DNA of 40,463 nucleotides from Methylococcales bacterium (GTDB taxonomy: Bacteria; Pseudomonadota; Gammaproteobacteria; JABHGC01): contig JABHHM010000515.1 of assembly GCA_018671575.1 (NCBI GenBank), positions 1 through 40,463 of the forward strand, written 5' to 3'. The translations under genes were made by a program, and so were the position numbers. The notes below the pieces were generated by a model. It saw only the letters and a program-made list of their open reading frames with translations, did no database searches and had not been told where the DNA came from. Shown here piece by piece: positions 17,775 through 27,321 of this stretch. Positions within the stretch are counted from its first letter, which is position 1. Each line of letters opens with the position of its first letter.

Positions 17775-18983
17775 TTATGAATGATGAGGATCAACCACAT
17801 CATCAGCTAAACTCACTGGTAAAAACTTTAAAAATTTAACAGCAAAAGTAACAATAATCAGAGAAAGAGCAATACCACCTAAACCCAATAATATTTCTGC
17901 AGGTGTTGGCGAATAAGTATTCACAACCCCGTCAAAAAATGAACTACTGACTTCCATTCCTGGAAAAAGCTGGAGCGGAAATAGTTGCCCGCCAATTAAA
18001 ATGACATAAACTTGCGCTATTCCACCCACTAGAATTAACGAACAAGCAGATATAATCGCATTTCTAGAATTTGCAGTTTTAGGTGAATACAATAAAATTA
18101 AAGGTAAAATACTTCCTAAACCGAGCTGAACTATCCAAAACAATTTAGTAATCATACCACCATCACTTAAAATAAAAGCTTCAACAGCATGATGTTCAGT
18201 TGCATATAAGTTAGTCAAATGTTTTGCAATAACAAAATACATAACACCTGCAACAAAAACACCCAATAAATTCTTCAATCTTATTACAACCTTGTCACCC
18301 AACTCTCTTTCAGTCCATTGATAAGAAAACATCAAAACCAACAAGAATGCTGCCAAACCAAATGAAAATGACATAACGATAAACATTGGAGCCATAATTG
18401 CAGCATCATATGCCTGTCTAGCAACAAGAAAACCAAAAATTGATCCTGTACCAGTTGTTAATGCTAAACGCCAGATAAATGCTGTTGTACCAGCAATTTT
18501 ATAATATTTACTAACTGTTCGATCCATCATTGTCCAAATATATACAATAACTATTGCGAAAAAACCTGTATATAAATAGATATTCCAAGCAAATATTGAT
18601 TTGAAATTATAATAGGTCATTGCAACAATTAATCGATCTGGACGCCCCAAATCTAAAACCAAAACAGCCAACCCACCAGCCAACAAAGCCAATGCTAAAA
18701 GACAGGATAATCTAGCCAATGGTTTATACATAGATTTACCAAAGACTGTGCCAATTGACGCAATATTTAAAGCACCCGAAGCACAAATAATCAAAAATAT
18801 GGCAAATACATGAGGCATTCCCCAGACAACTTGATTGGTCATGCCCGTCACATGATGGCCATGATGTTCCATATAATAGGTTGCACCTAGAGCAAACAAA
18901 ATGATACAACCTAATATACCAACCAATAAGAAAAATTTAGAACTATTTCCTTCAATTTCCTGATAGTGGAGTTTTTTCATCAT
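17775..18983 (-). CDS. dsrP: DsrP, NrfD/PsrC-like integral membrane quinone-interacting subunit
   Basis: 402 aa with ~10 predicted TM helices. Position after dsrO. Confidence 0.8.
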   Translation of the reverse strand: MMKKLHYQEIEGNSSKFFLLVGILGCIILFALGATYYMEHHGHHVTGMTNQVVWGMPHVFAIFLIICASGALNIASIGTVFGKSMYKPLARLSCLLALALLAGGLAVLVLDLGRPDRLIVAMTYYNFKSIFAWNIYLYTGFFAIVIVYIWTMMDRTVSKYYKIAGTTAFIWRLALTTGTGSIFGFLVARQAYDAAIMAPMFIVMSFSFGLAAFLLVLMFSYQWTERELGDKVVIRLKNLLGVFVAGVMYFVIAKHLTNLYATEHHAVEAFILSDGGMITKLFWIVQLGLGSILPLILLYSPKTANSRNAIISACSLILVGGIAQVYVILIGGQLFPLQLFPGMEVSSSFFDGVVNTYSPTPAEILLGLGGIALSLIIVTFAVKFLKFLPVSLADDVVDPHHS

Positions 18984-19004
18984 AAATCCATAATTATGTT
19001 AATT

Positions 19005-19769
19005 TTAAAAATTTTTATATCTTACACCAGGATTCAAACCTAAATCTGCCCTGATTTGACGGCTTGAAGAAGTTTTCAAAGCAACTGATAATTCACTATT
19101 TGGATCTTTCATATCGCCAAATACAATTGCCTTATGGCCTGATTCATTACAAGCTTCAACACAAGCAGGTTGCTTATCCTGATCCACACGATGAACACAA
19201 AAAGTACAAGATTCTACAGTACCCTTGCCTCGTGGTGAATAACTTTTCTGATTTGACAGTTCTTCATGAATGAAAGATCTTGCCTTGTAAGGACACGCCA
19301 TCATACAGTAACGACACCCAATACATATATGCTTGTCCACCAAAACAATATTATCTTTTCTTTTAAATGATGCTCCCGTTGGACAAACATCAGCACAAGG
19401 AGGATTTTCACAATGCTGGCACATAATAGGTAAACTTATCGTTTTCCCAATACTTTTATCTGTAACCGTGACTTTTCTCATCCACTGAGCATCGGTAGCC
19501 TCTCGACCATGACCAGTTAAACCATGTTCTTTATTACAACCTTCAACACAAGCATTACAACCATCGGCACATCTTGCCGTATCAATTAACATCCCCCATC
19601 TTTTATTAGCTGATGCAAGTTCATTATCTGACTTTGCCTCTGCAACTTTGTATAAAAAAAGACCTGGAGTAATTGTTAATGCGCCAGCAGCGGAAATTTT
19701 AACAAGAAACTCTCTTCTTGTGTTAACAGGAGCACCTTCTTTTTCATTAGAAGCCATAGAATTATTCAT
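19005..19769 (-). CDS. dsrO: DsrO, periplasmic ferredoxin-like iron-sulfur protein
   Basis: 254 aa. Tat-type signal (..NTRREFLVKISAAGA..) and multiple Fe-S cysteine motifs (CADGCNACVEGC, CQHCENPPCADVCP, CIGCRYCMMACP, CTFCVHR...C). Its start overlaps the dsrJ stop by 8 nt. Confidence 0.82.
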   Translation of the reverse strand: MNNSMASNEKEGAPVNTRREFLVKISAAGALTITPGLFLYKVAEAKSDNELASANKRWGMLIDTARCADGCNACVEGCNKEHGLTGHGREATDAQWMRKVTVTDKSIGKTISLPIMCQHCENPPCADVCPTGASFKRKDNIVLVDKHICIGCRYCMMACPYKARSFIHEELSNQKSYSPRGKGTVESCTFCVHRVDQDKQPACVEACNESGHKAIVFGDMKDPNSELSVALKTSSSRQIRADLGLNPGVRYKNF

Positions 19770-20247
19770 CCGTAGATTTTGCTGTTTTCTGTAACCGAGT
19801 GATCAAACTGGTGATCCCTTTGTTTTTAACATTTTGACTATTTAAAATACCTAATTTTGCATCGGGCTTAGTTGCATGACATCCAAAACAATCAATACTC
19901 ACTGCCGCATAGGAATGGCAAGATTGACAAAATTGCCCTTCCTTATTGATGGAGATATACTCACCAACTTTATCTTTTTTCACATGACAACTAATGCACT
20001 CTTTCAAACTATGCTTTTTTGTACGTTGACCTTCATGCATTGTCAAATCACGCTTATGAAGTAAATACTCCATGTGATTTTTTCGCATTTCAGGAATGGG
20101 TTCAACACAGGTTTTGCCTTTAGTTGCTTCAGGAATGATAAGAGAATTTTCATTCGCATATACATTCGTTGATAAAAAAGCAATATTAAGTACAAGCAAA
20201 CTTAAAGCAGTTTTTATTTTTGATAGGTATGTTTTAGTAGTCGGCAT
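19762..20247 (-). CDS. dsrJ: DsrJ, periplasmic triheme cytochrome c
   Basis: Three CxxCH motifs (CISCH, CQSCH, CFGCH) and a signal peptide (MPTTKTYLSKIKTALSLLVLNIAFLSTNVYA). Start moved to ATG 20247, 4 nt after the dsrL stop. The tracked 32-codon extension overlaps dsrL. Confidence 0.82.
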   Translation of the reverse strand: MPTTKTYLSKIKTALSLLVLNIAFLSTNVYANENSLIIPEATKGKTCVEPIPEMRKNHMEYLLHKRDLTMHEGQRTKKHSLKECISCHVKKDKVGEYISINKEGQFCQSCHSYAAVSIDCFGCHATKPDAKLGILNSQNVKNKGITSLITRLQKTAKSTDE

Positions 20248-20251
20248 TTTA

Positions 20252-22228
20252 TTATTCGCCCATACCCATTTTAATATAACCTGTTGGACAAACATCTGCA
20301 CATATATGACAACCGACACAAATATTATAATCTGTATAGACATAACGCCCTAATGTACTTTCGGTTTTCTTAGTTCGATGAACTGCATCTTGAGGACAAT
20401 AAATAACACAATTATCACACTCAAAGCACATTCCACAGCTCATGCATCGACCCGCTTCAGCTTTTGCAGTTTCTTCACTAAGACCAATCACTCTTTCTTC
20501 AAAATGACCTATAACTTCTTCAGATGAAGGTACCTTTTCATCTCTAATATTTCTAGGCTCAAAGGCATAATGACCAAGAAATAAATCATCATGAGGAATT
20601 ACTTCATTGGCTGATCTGTCTTCATAATTATGAATGGCTCTACTACTACTATCAGTTCCTCTCAAATCATTTTCAGGAGTCACTTCACCTTTTTGTGAAT
20701 CAAAGCTTGTTGGCTCCAAACTTGTTTCCACCAATTTAGACATCAAATTATAATGATGTACATCAACTTTTGGACGGTGCTTATTGTTAATACCATTTAG
20801 ATAATGATCAATACTTTCAGCAGCAATTGAAGCTTGCCCAATTGCTGTTGTTAACAAATGAGGCCTAACAACATCACCTGCAACAAAGTGACCTTCTTTA
20901 CCAGGAACTTGATAATGTTTATCAGCATCAATTAATCCACGACCATTATCTAATTCTTCAAAACCTGTTAAATCACCTGTTTGACCAATCGCAGAGACAA
21001 TCATATCGCAATCAATGGTATATTCACTACCCTCTACAGCAGTAGGACGTCCTTTATCAATTGTACACTTTGTCATTTTTAAGCCAATAGCTCGACCTTC
21101 ATCGTCTTTTAGCACTTCAATTGGCATAACGCCACCTTGAATTTCAATGCCTTCTCTTTTCGCATCATCTACTTCATGCTCTGCAGCCGTCATTTCCTCA
21201 ATTGGAAATAGAGAAGTTAACACAACTTCAGCACCTTCTTTTTTAGCAGAGGTTGCCACATCATGAGCAGTAAAACCAAGTATAACATTTTCTGCATTGT
21301 CTTTATCGTGTGAATCACTGACATGCCCCAGCCTTCTTGCAACAGATGCTACGTCAATCGATGTATCACCACCACCTACAACAATTAATTTTCTAGGAAC
21401 ATGCTGTAGTTTTTTCTCGTTAAAAGCTTCTAAAAACGCGACACCATCGACGCAATTTGGCGCATCAAAAGTCGGTATTGGCAAGCCTTTACCAGATTTA
21501 GTGCCAATTGCCCAGAGTAGTGCATCATAGTCTTTTTCAACTTGTTCGAGACTGATATCTTTACCGATCCGAGTATTTAATTTGACTTCAACACCCATGT
21601 CTAAAATACGTTGAATCTCACCATCCAAAACATCACGAGGAGTTCTATAGCCAGGGATACCGTATCTCATCCATCCACCCAATGCTGAGTGATCATCAAA
21701 GAGCGTACAACTATGACCTTTTCGTCTTAGCTGATAGGCTGCCGCAAGACCTGCAGGACCACCGCCAATAATGGCAACTTTTTTACCTGACTCTGTTGCT
21801 GGTTTAAGATGAGCAAAATCATATTTATTTTCCAGCGCTGAATCACCAATAAACTGTTCAACTGAATTAATACCGACATGATCTTCAACTTCATTTCGAT
21901 TACATCCATCTTCACAGGGAGCAGGACATACACGTCCCATTATAGAAGGAAAAGGATTTGCATCGGTTGATCGACGAAATGCATATTCTTTCATATCCAT
22001 ACCATCAGATGGTTTTTCTATTCCTCTTACAACTTGCAACCACCCTCTAATATCTTCACCTGCTGGACAACTTCCCTGACATGGAGGTGTTTTATTAACA
22101 TAGGTAGGACATTTGTGTGAGTGATCAGCATCAAATATATTTTCTGTCCAACTACCCCATTGATCATCACCATCATTAAATCTACGCCATGTTAACTTTG
22201 ACTTCATGTCTTCGCTTGATGCAGACAT
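20252..22228 (-). CDS. dsrL: DsrL, GltD-like NAD(P)H:acceptor iron-sulfur flavoprotein
   Basis: 658 aa. N-terminal Cys cluster (CPTYVNKTPPCQGSCPAGEDI), FAD fold IIGGGPAGLAAA, second nucleotide fold VVGGGDTSIDVA, C-terminal 2x[4Fe-4S] ferredoxin (CMSCGMCFECDNCVIYCP, CVGCHICADVCP). Confidence 0.85.
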   Translation of the reverse strand: MSASSEDMKSKLTWRRFNDGDDQWGSWTENIFDADHSHKCPTYVNKTPPCQGSCPAGEDIRGWLQVVRGIEKPSDGMDMKEYAFRRSTDANPFPSIMGRVCPAPCEDGCNRNEVEDHVGINSVEQFIGDSALENKYDFAHLKPATESGKKVAIIGGGPAGLAAAYQLRRKGHSCTLFDDHSALGGWMRYGIPGYRTPRDVLDGEIQRILDMGVEVKLNTRIGKDISLEQVEKDYDALLWAIGTKSGKGLPIPTFDAPNCVDGVAFLEAFNEKKLQHVPRKLIVVGGGDTSIDVASVARRLGHVSDSHDKDNAENVILGFTAHDVATSAKKEGAEVVLTSLFPIEEMTAAEHEVDDAKREGIEIQGGVMPIEVLKDDEGRAIGLKMTKCTIDKGRPTAVEGSEYTIDCDMIVSAIGQTGDLTGFEELDNGRGLIDADKHYQVPGKEGHFVAGDVVRPHLLTTAIGQASIAAESIDHYLNGINNKHRPKVDVHHYNLMSKLVETSLEPTSFDSQKGEVTPENDLRGTDSSSRAIHNYEDRSANEVIPHDDLFLGHYAFEPRNIRDEKVPSSEEVIGHFEERVIGLSEETAKAEAGRCMSCGMCFECDNCVIYCPQDAVHRTKKTESTLGRYVYTDYNICVGCHICADVCPTGYIKMGMGE

Positions 22229-22308
22229 CAGAGTTCTCCCATCTAATAATTAATATAAAATTTTAATAAGTATAAATTTGGTAACTTGTAAGGTGTATAT
22301 TCAGCCTA

Positions 22309-23805
22309 TTACTGCTCGTCTTTAAGAACAATAGCGTTACTAACAAGTTGATGTAAACTGACAATTTGATCAAGCGTAAAACCATAATATGGATATACTT
22401 TTGAAAATTGACTTTTACAAATAGCACAAATTGCTGCCATATGTGTTACACCATGCTCTTCTACAACTTTTCTAAGAGCATCCATACGTGGATACGCTCC
22501 TTTCACCCTAAGCTCAAGCAAATCATCAGTTAACAAACCGCCACCGCCACCGCAACAAAAAGTTTCTTCGTGAATTGTATCTCTTTTCATGTCATAAAAA
22601 TGATTACACGATGCTTTGATTACTTCTCTAGGAATACTAAATTGTCCACCAGGCTTGTCTCCCATTCTTGTTGCTCTAGCAACATTACAGGAATCATGAT
22701 AGGTCACGACCATATCATCATTTGCTTCTTTATCTAATTTGATTGCACCTTTCTGAATTAAATCATAGGTATATTCACAAATATGCTGAGGAACGGGGTA
22801 GTTTTTATCAAGAAAATCAAAAGGTCCTGCCAGTGTATTCAAAAAGCTATACGCTATTCTCCATGCATGTCCACACTCACCAAAAACTATTCGCTTAACG
22901 CCAAGATCCAGTGCAGCCTTTCTAATTCTCTGTGATATTTCTCTCATATTCTGGTAGCTACCTATGAACATACCAAAATTTCCTGCTTCAGAAGCATACG
23001 AACTTAATGTCCAACTTGCACCCGCAGCATGGAAAACTTTCGCATAGCCCATTAAGCCATCAACATGAGGCTCCGCAAAAAAATCTGCAGAAGGAGTTAC
23101 TAAAAGAATATCGGCCCCTTCTTGATCAAGTGGCAACTTAACCGTTACACCCGTTTCATCTTCAATATCTTCTTCCAGACCTTCTAATGTATCAAGCAAT
23201 GCAGGCTCTGGTAACCCCAAATTATTGCCGATTTTGTAAACTTTTCCTATAATCTCATTACAGTATTTTTGACCTACACCAACAGAATCAAGTATCTCTC
23301 TTGCTGCCATAGATATTTCAGCAGTATCAATACCATAAGGACAAAAAACTGAGCAACGACGGCATTGTGAACACTGATGATAATAGGTATACCATTCGTC
23401 TAATACTTCTTTGTTTAAGTCAACTGCACCAACTAACTTAGGAAACCACTTTCCTGCCAATGTAAAATATCGACGATAAACACGTCTAAGCAGATCTTGA
23501 CGTGCAACAGGCATATTTTTAGGATCAGACGTACCCAGATAGTAGTGACACTTATCAGTGCAAGCACCACATTTGACACAAATATCTAAAAAAACTCTAA
23601 ATGACCGATATTTACCTAGCAGATCCCCCATTTTTCCAATTGCAACATCTTCCCAGTTTTCAACAAGTTCGCCTGGAAAACCTAGAGCTTTTTGATGATC
23701 TGGTTTAGCCACAAATGGACTGCTATGAGCCATTGCACCATCTTTAATCTTTGGTACTTCCACAAATTCTTTAATTTCTGGAACATCAAATTCTACTTTT
23801 GCCAC
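22309..23805 (-). CDS. dsrK: DsrK, HdrD-like catalytic iron-sulfur subunit
   Basis: 498 aa. Ferredoxin motifs CVKCGACTDKC and CSQCRRCSVFCP, plus CCG-type cysteine motifs (..FGECGHAW.., ..FCCGGGGG..). Confidence 0.85.
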   Translation of the reverse strand: MAKVEFDVPEIKEFVEVPKIKDGAMAHSSPFVAKPDHQKALGFPGELVENWEDVAIGKMGDLLGKYRSFRVFLDICVKCGACTDKCHYYLGTSDPKNMPVARQDLLRRVYRRYFTLAGKWFPKLVGAVDLNKEVLDEWYTYYHQCSQCRRCSVFCPYGIDTAEISMAAREILDSVGVGQKYCNEIIGKVYKIGNNLGLPEPALLDTLEGLEEDIEDETGVTVKLPLDQEGADILLVTPSADFFAEPHVDGLMGYAKVFHAAGASWTLSSYASEAGNFGMFIGSYQNMREISQRIRKAALDLGVKRIVFGECGHAWRIAYSFLNTLAGPFDFLDKNYPVPQHICEYTYDLIQKGAIKLDKEANDDMVVTYHDSCNVARATRMGDKPGGQFSIPREVIKASCNHFYDMKRDTIHEETFCCGGGGGLLTDDLLELRVKGAYPRMDALRKVVEEHGVTHMAAICAICKSQFSKVYPYYGFTLDQIVSLHQLVSNAIVLKDEQ

Positions 23806-23841
23806 TATATATTCTCCACAATCATTGTGAATGCATCCTTA

Positions 23842-24579
23842 TTATTGACCATCAGATGTTTCAAATTTTTCAGCCCACTTAGCAATATGTCTTTGTTCTC
23901 GCGGATTATCCACTTGATTTCTTGTAGGACTAAAAAAGATACCAGGTGCATGCAACAACTTACTGAATGGAAAAATTATCATTAATATAATTACTAACAT
24001 TAAATGAACAAGAAGTAATGGATCAGTTGGCAACGGCTGCCAATTGAATGTAATAATTCCCTGGATAAATGCTTTGAATGTTACTATGTCAGTATGTTCT
24101 ACAAATTTCATCAAAAGACCTGTAGCACCAATTGAGAGGATTAGTAATAACATTATGTAGTCTGAAGGAGATGATATATATTTTACTCTATCAACAAAAA
24201 TTCTTCTCGCTAACAGACCAAGCATTCCGATAATCATCGTAAAACCAGCATAAATACCGAAAGGTTGTATCAATGCAACCCAAGACCAAACGGGCTCATT
24301 AAAATAACGAATGTGTCTTGCCAAAACAACAAACATTGACATATGAAAAATCCAACTAAAAATCCACGTCCATTTAGTTGATTTAAAAAGACTTTCAAAA
24401 AAAACAACTTCTCTAAATAGTCTCCAAACTACGCCACTTTTAGTTGTAGGAGCCGGTGTGGTAGGAATTTTTAATGGTGCGGGAACATTAATATACTGTT
24501 TTATTTTATACGCAGTTCCTAATACCAGTACCGCAACAGCAAACAAAAACAGTAATGCAAATAATGAAGAAAGAATCAT
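23842..24579 (-). CDS. dsrM: DsrM, NarI/HdrE-like membrane diheme cytochrome b
   Basis: 245 aa with 5-6 TM helices and conserved His residues in the helices. Position between dsrC and dsrK. Confidence 0.8.
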   Translation of the reverse strand: MILSSLFALLFLFAVAVLVLGTAYKIKQYINVPAPLKIPTTPAPTTKSGVVWRLFREVVFFESLFKSTKWTWIFSWIFHMSMFVVLARHIRYFNEPVWSWVALIQPFGIYAGFTMIIGMLGLLARRIFVDRVKYISSPSDYIMLLLILSIGATGLLMKFVEHTDIVTFKAFIQGIITFNWQPLPTDPLLLVHLMLVIILMIIFPFSKLLHAPGIFFSPTRNQVDNPREQRHIAKWAEKFETSDGQ

Positions 24580-24617
24580 CTATCCTTCTGCCTTTTTATT
24601 TAATTTCTGAGAAATCA

Positions 24618-24654
24618 AAAAGTTTAAGATTGATAGCAATCAACCTTAAACTTT
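24618..24654 (-). terminator. Putative attenuating or stabilising hairpin between dsrC and dsrM
   Basis: Minus-strand transcript: aaagtttaag-gtt-gattg-ctat-caatc-ttaaacttt followed by ttgatttc. AT-rich stem, so predicted to be weak. Confidence 0.3.
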
Positions 24655-24660
24655 AATTGT

Positions 24661-24996
24661 TTATACGCAACCAGTTGGTTTTGGCAATCCTGCATATTTA
24701 CAAGCTTGTTTTGCAGGTCCGTATGGAAACAATTCATATAAATATTTACTATTACCTTTGTCTTTACCTAATTTTTTACCGACAGCTTTAGTTAATACTC
24801 TTACTGCAGGTGCAATTTGGTATTCTTCATAATATTCTCTTAAGAATGAGATAATTTCCCAGTGATCATCAGCTAATTCACAATCATCTGCTTTAGCCAT
24901 ATACGCACCAATTTCTTTAGTCCATTCAGTTAAATTTGCTAAGTAACCTTCTTCATCAACTTCAACATCCTGTCCATTTACACTTATTGTACCCAT
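24661..24996 (-). CDS. dsrC: DsrC, TusE/DsrC-family sulfur carrier
   Basis: 111 aa. Diagnostic C-terminal arm with two Cys: ..QACKYAGLPKPTGCV-stop. Confidence 0.92.
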   Translation of the reverse strand: MGTISVNGQDVEVDEEGYLANLTEWTKEIGAYMAKADDCELADDHWEIISFLREYYEEYQIAPAVRVLTKAVGKKLGKDKGNSKYLYELFPYGPAKQACKYAGLPKPTGCV

Positions 24997-25049
24997 CTTT
25001 AAATTTCCTCTTTGGTTTAAATAAATTTTATAACTAGATTAGCAATGGT

Positions 25050-25355
25050 TTATAACCAAGACTGCACAGAGTCATGATTGGCTGTTAACTCGACAAATCC
25101 AACATAATCAACAGACTCTATACCGTCAATAATAGATGAATCATCAATTCCTCGTGCCTTGGCATCTGGCCCTAACACATAGACTTTTACATCTTTCATT
25201 GTGTCTTTAACTTTGCCTTCATAAGCAGTGCCTTTCATTACAGCATAAACACCATCTTCTATCAGTAAGATAGAACTTCCTTTTTTAGCATGTGAAATAC
25301 ATATATCGAATGTATTTTTATCAAAAGGAGATTTATTAATTGTATGTAACAACAT
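25050..25355 (-). CDS. dsrH: DsrH (TusB-like subunit of DsrEFH)
   Basis: 101 aa, DsrH/TusB-like (MLLHTINKSPF....LIEDGVY). Third gene of the EFH triplet. Confidence 0.82.
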   Translation of the reverse strand: MLLHTINKSPFDKNTFDICISHAKKGSSILLIEDGVYAVMKGTAYEGKVKDTMKDVKVYVLGPDAKARGIDDSSIIDGIESVDYVGFVELTANHDSVQSWL

Positions 25356-25369
25356 TTGATATGCGCCTT

Positions 25370-25762
25370 TTAAAAACTGAGAATAATATCTTGTTCTTCC
25401 ATCATGTCAGCCATATCCTGGCGACCCAACACTTCAACAGGAACAAGAAAATCTTCTTCAGTCAGTCCACGTTCTTCCATTGATTCTTTTTCGACATAAA
25501 GCTTCTCAACATCGTACATTTCTAATGCGCGATAGGTCGGTGAAAAGTTTTTCATATCAATTCCAGAAGTATCCTGACCTTTTTTGATTTGATACACACC
25601 GTCATCAATAAAAGCCAGACTAACATCCTGTTCAAATGCCGCAGCAATTAAAACCACTTCTAACGACTCAAGGGCATAAATTGTACCATATGGAGCTTTT
25701 CTATTCACATACATGAATTTTTTTACAACTCCACCTTCTTCATCCATCATTTCATCAGACAT
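25370..25762 (-). CDS. dsrF: DsrF (TusC-like subunit of DsrEFH)
   Basis: 130 aa, DsrE/DsrF-fold. Position between dsrE and dsrH. Confidence 0.82.
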   Translation of the reverse strand: MSDEMMDEEGGVVKKFMYVNRKAPYGTIYALESLEVVLIAAAFEQDVSLAFIDDGVYQIKKGQDTSGIDMKNFSPTYRALEMYDVEKLYVEKESMEERGLTEEDFLVPVEVLGRQDMADMMEEQDIILSF

Positions 25763-25772
25763 ATTTTAACCC

Positions 25773-26165
25773 TCAATCACCAAATACAATTAAGCGATCA
25801 GATTGTATTCCAGCTTCAATTAACTGTCCTAAACCTGATATTCTAAACCCTGGAGCAATATTACTTGCATCTTTTCCATGTCTTTTTGCTTCATCATCGT
25901 CAGCAATTCCACGCCTTTGAGCTGCAGCAACACACAATACAAGATCAATACCATTTTTCTCCGCAAGTTCACTCCATCTATTTGCAATGTGCCGATCATC
26001 TTGAGGAGGGGTGGTTAATCTTGTACCATTGTTAACCCCATCATGATAAAAAAACACACGCATGATTTCATGACCACTTTCCAGCACTGCTTTTATAAAC
26101 AAATAGGCTGAATCTGATGCCTGATGTTGATAGGGTCCTTCATTTACTAATATTCCGAACTTCAT
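25773..26165 (-). CDS. dsrE: DsrE (TusD-like sulfurtransferase subunit)
   Basis: 130 aa. MKFGILVNEGPY...FFYHDGV... and the conserved active-site Cys context LVLCVAAAQRRG. Confidence 0.85.
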   Translation of the reverse strand: MKFGILVNEGPYQHQASDSAYLFIKAVLESGHEIMRVFFYHDGVNNGTRLTTPPQDDRHIANRWSELAEKNGIDLVLCVAAAQRRGIADDDEAKRHGKDASNIAPGFRISGLGQLIEAGIQSDRLIVFGD

Positions 26166-26185
26166 ATTTTTCGCCTTTAAAAAGT

Positions 26186-27262
26186 CTAAAATCGGATATA
26201 GGTAGACGCATTTAAGTTCTTACGAGAACCAGTCCAATTATCAATATGATACTTAGTAAATGGAAGTTCTGTTAGTTCAAAAAAGCGAGGCCAACCAATT
26301 CTTTCAATCCAATCATTGATTCTTTCCCAGTCTTTTGCATCTTCTTTATATACTTTTAGAATTTGCTTAACAATTGCAGTTGCTTCTGGCCATCTTGGTG
26401 GGTTATTTGGAACACCAGCAGCAACTAACTTATGAAAAGTTGGTTTACTACGAGCATTAGAATGATTACCACCAACCCAAATAGCTAATTGCGAGTGAAT
26501 TGGGTCATTAATTTGCATTGGAGGACACGGAGGATAACAAGCTCCACAACAAATACATTTTTTCTCATCAACTTCTAATGACGGCTTACCATTAACCATT
26601 GCGGGTCTTATCGCTGCTACAGGACATCTTGCAACAACAGTTGGTCTTTCACAAACATTTGCGACCAAATCATGGTTTATTTTAGGTGGTTTTGTATGCT
26701 GAACATTGATTGCAATATCACCTTGACCACCACAATTTATTTGACAACAAGAAGTCGTCAAATGAACTCTGTTTGGCATAGTACACGTTTTAAACTCATC
26801 AATGAGTTCATCCATCATTGATTTCACAACACCAGATGCATCAGTTCCTGGAATATCACAATGTAACCAACCTTGTGTATGTGAAATCATACTGATTGAG
26901 TTTGCTGTACCGCCAACAATAAATCCAGCGTCTTCAACTGCCTTAATTAATGGTTCTACTTTTGCCTCATCAGCCACACAGTATTCGATATTACTTCTTA
27001 ATGTAAATCTGATATATCCATCTGCAAAATTATCTGCAATATCACATAAAACTCTAATGGTATAAACATCCAGAATTCTTTGTGTGCCTATTTTAACTGT
27101 CCAAAGTTTATCACCACTTTTAGACACATGAAGTAACACACCAGGTTTAGGGTGTTCATGATACTTCCACATACCAAAGTTTCTCAGCATACTGGGATGC
27201 ATGTACTGAAAACCATCTGGTACACCAGATTCAATGGGTGAACGAGGTTTATTCTCCGACAT
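26186..27262 (-). CDS. dsrB: Dissimilatory sulfite reductase beta subunit (oxidative type)
   Basis: 358 aa. Siroheme/Fe-S Cys motifs (..TSCCQINCGGQGD.., ..CERPTVVARCP.., CICCGACYPPCP). SD ggaga upstream. 59 nt after dsrA. Confidence 0.92.
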   Translation of the reverse strand: MSENKPRSPIESGVPDGFQYMHPSMLRNFGMWKYHEHPKPGVLLHVSKSGDKLWTVKIGTQRILDVYTIRVLCDIADNFADGYIRFTLRSNIEYCVADEAKVEPLIKAVEDAGFIVGGTANSISMISHTQGWLHCDIPGTDASGVVKSMMDELIDEFKTCTMPNRVHLTTSCCQINCGGQGDIAINVQHTKPPKINHDLVANVCERPTVVARCPVAAIRPAMVNGKPSLEVDEKKCICCGACYPPCPPMQINDPIHSQLAIWVGGNHSNARSKPTFHKLVAAGVPNNPPRWPEATAIVKQILKVYKEDAKDWERINDWIERIGWPRFFELTELPFTKYHIDNWTGSRKNLNASTYIRF

Positions 27263-27321
27263 TACTATCTCCGAATTTATAAATAAATATAGTTTATTTT
27301 ATCAACATTTATAATGGTTAA

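Noticed and set aside
20248-20353. Long N-terminal extension of dsrJ and the 85-aa plus-strand ORF at 20096-20353
   Set aside because: The extension overlaps the 3' end of dsrL. A proper signal peptide starts at ATG 20247, 4 nt after the dsrL stop. The plus-strand ORF is antisense to dsrJ and dsrL.
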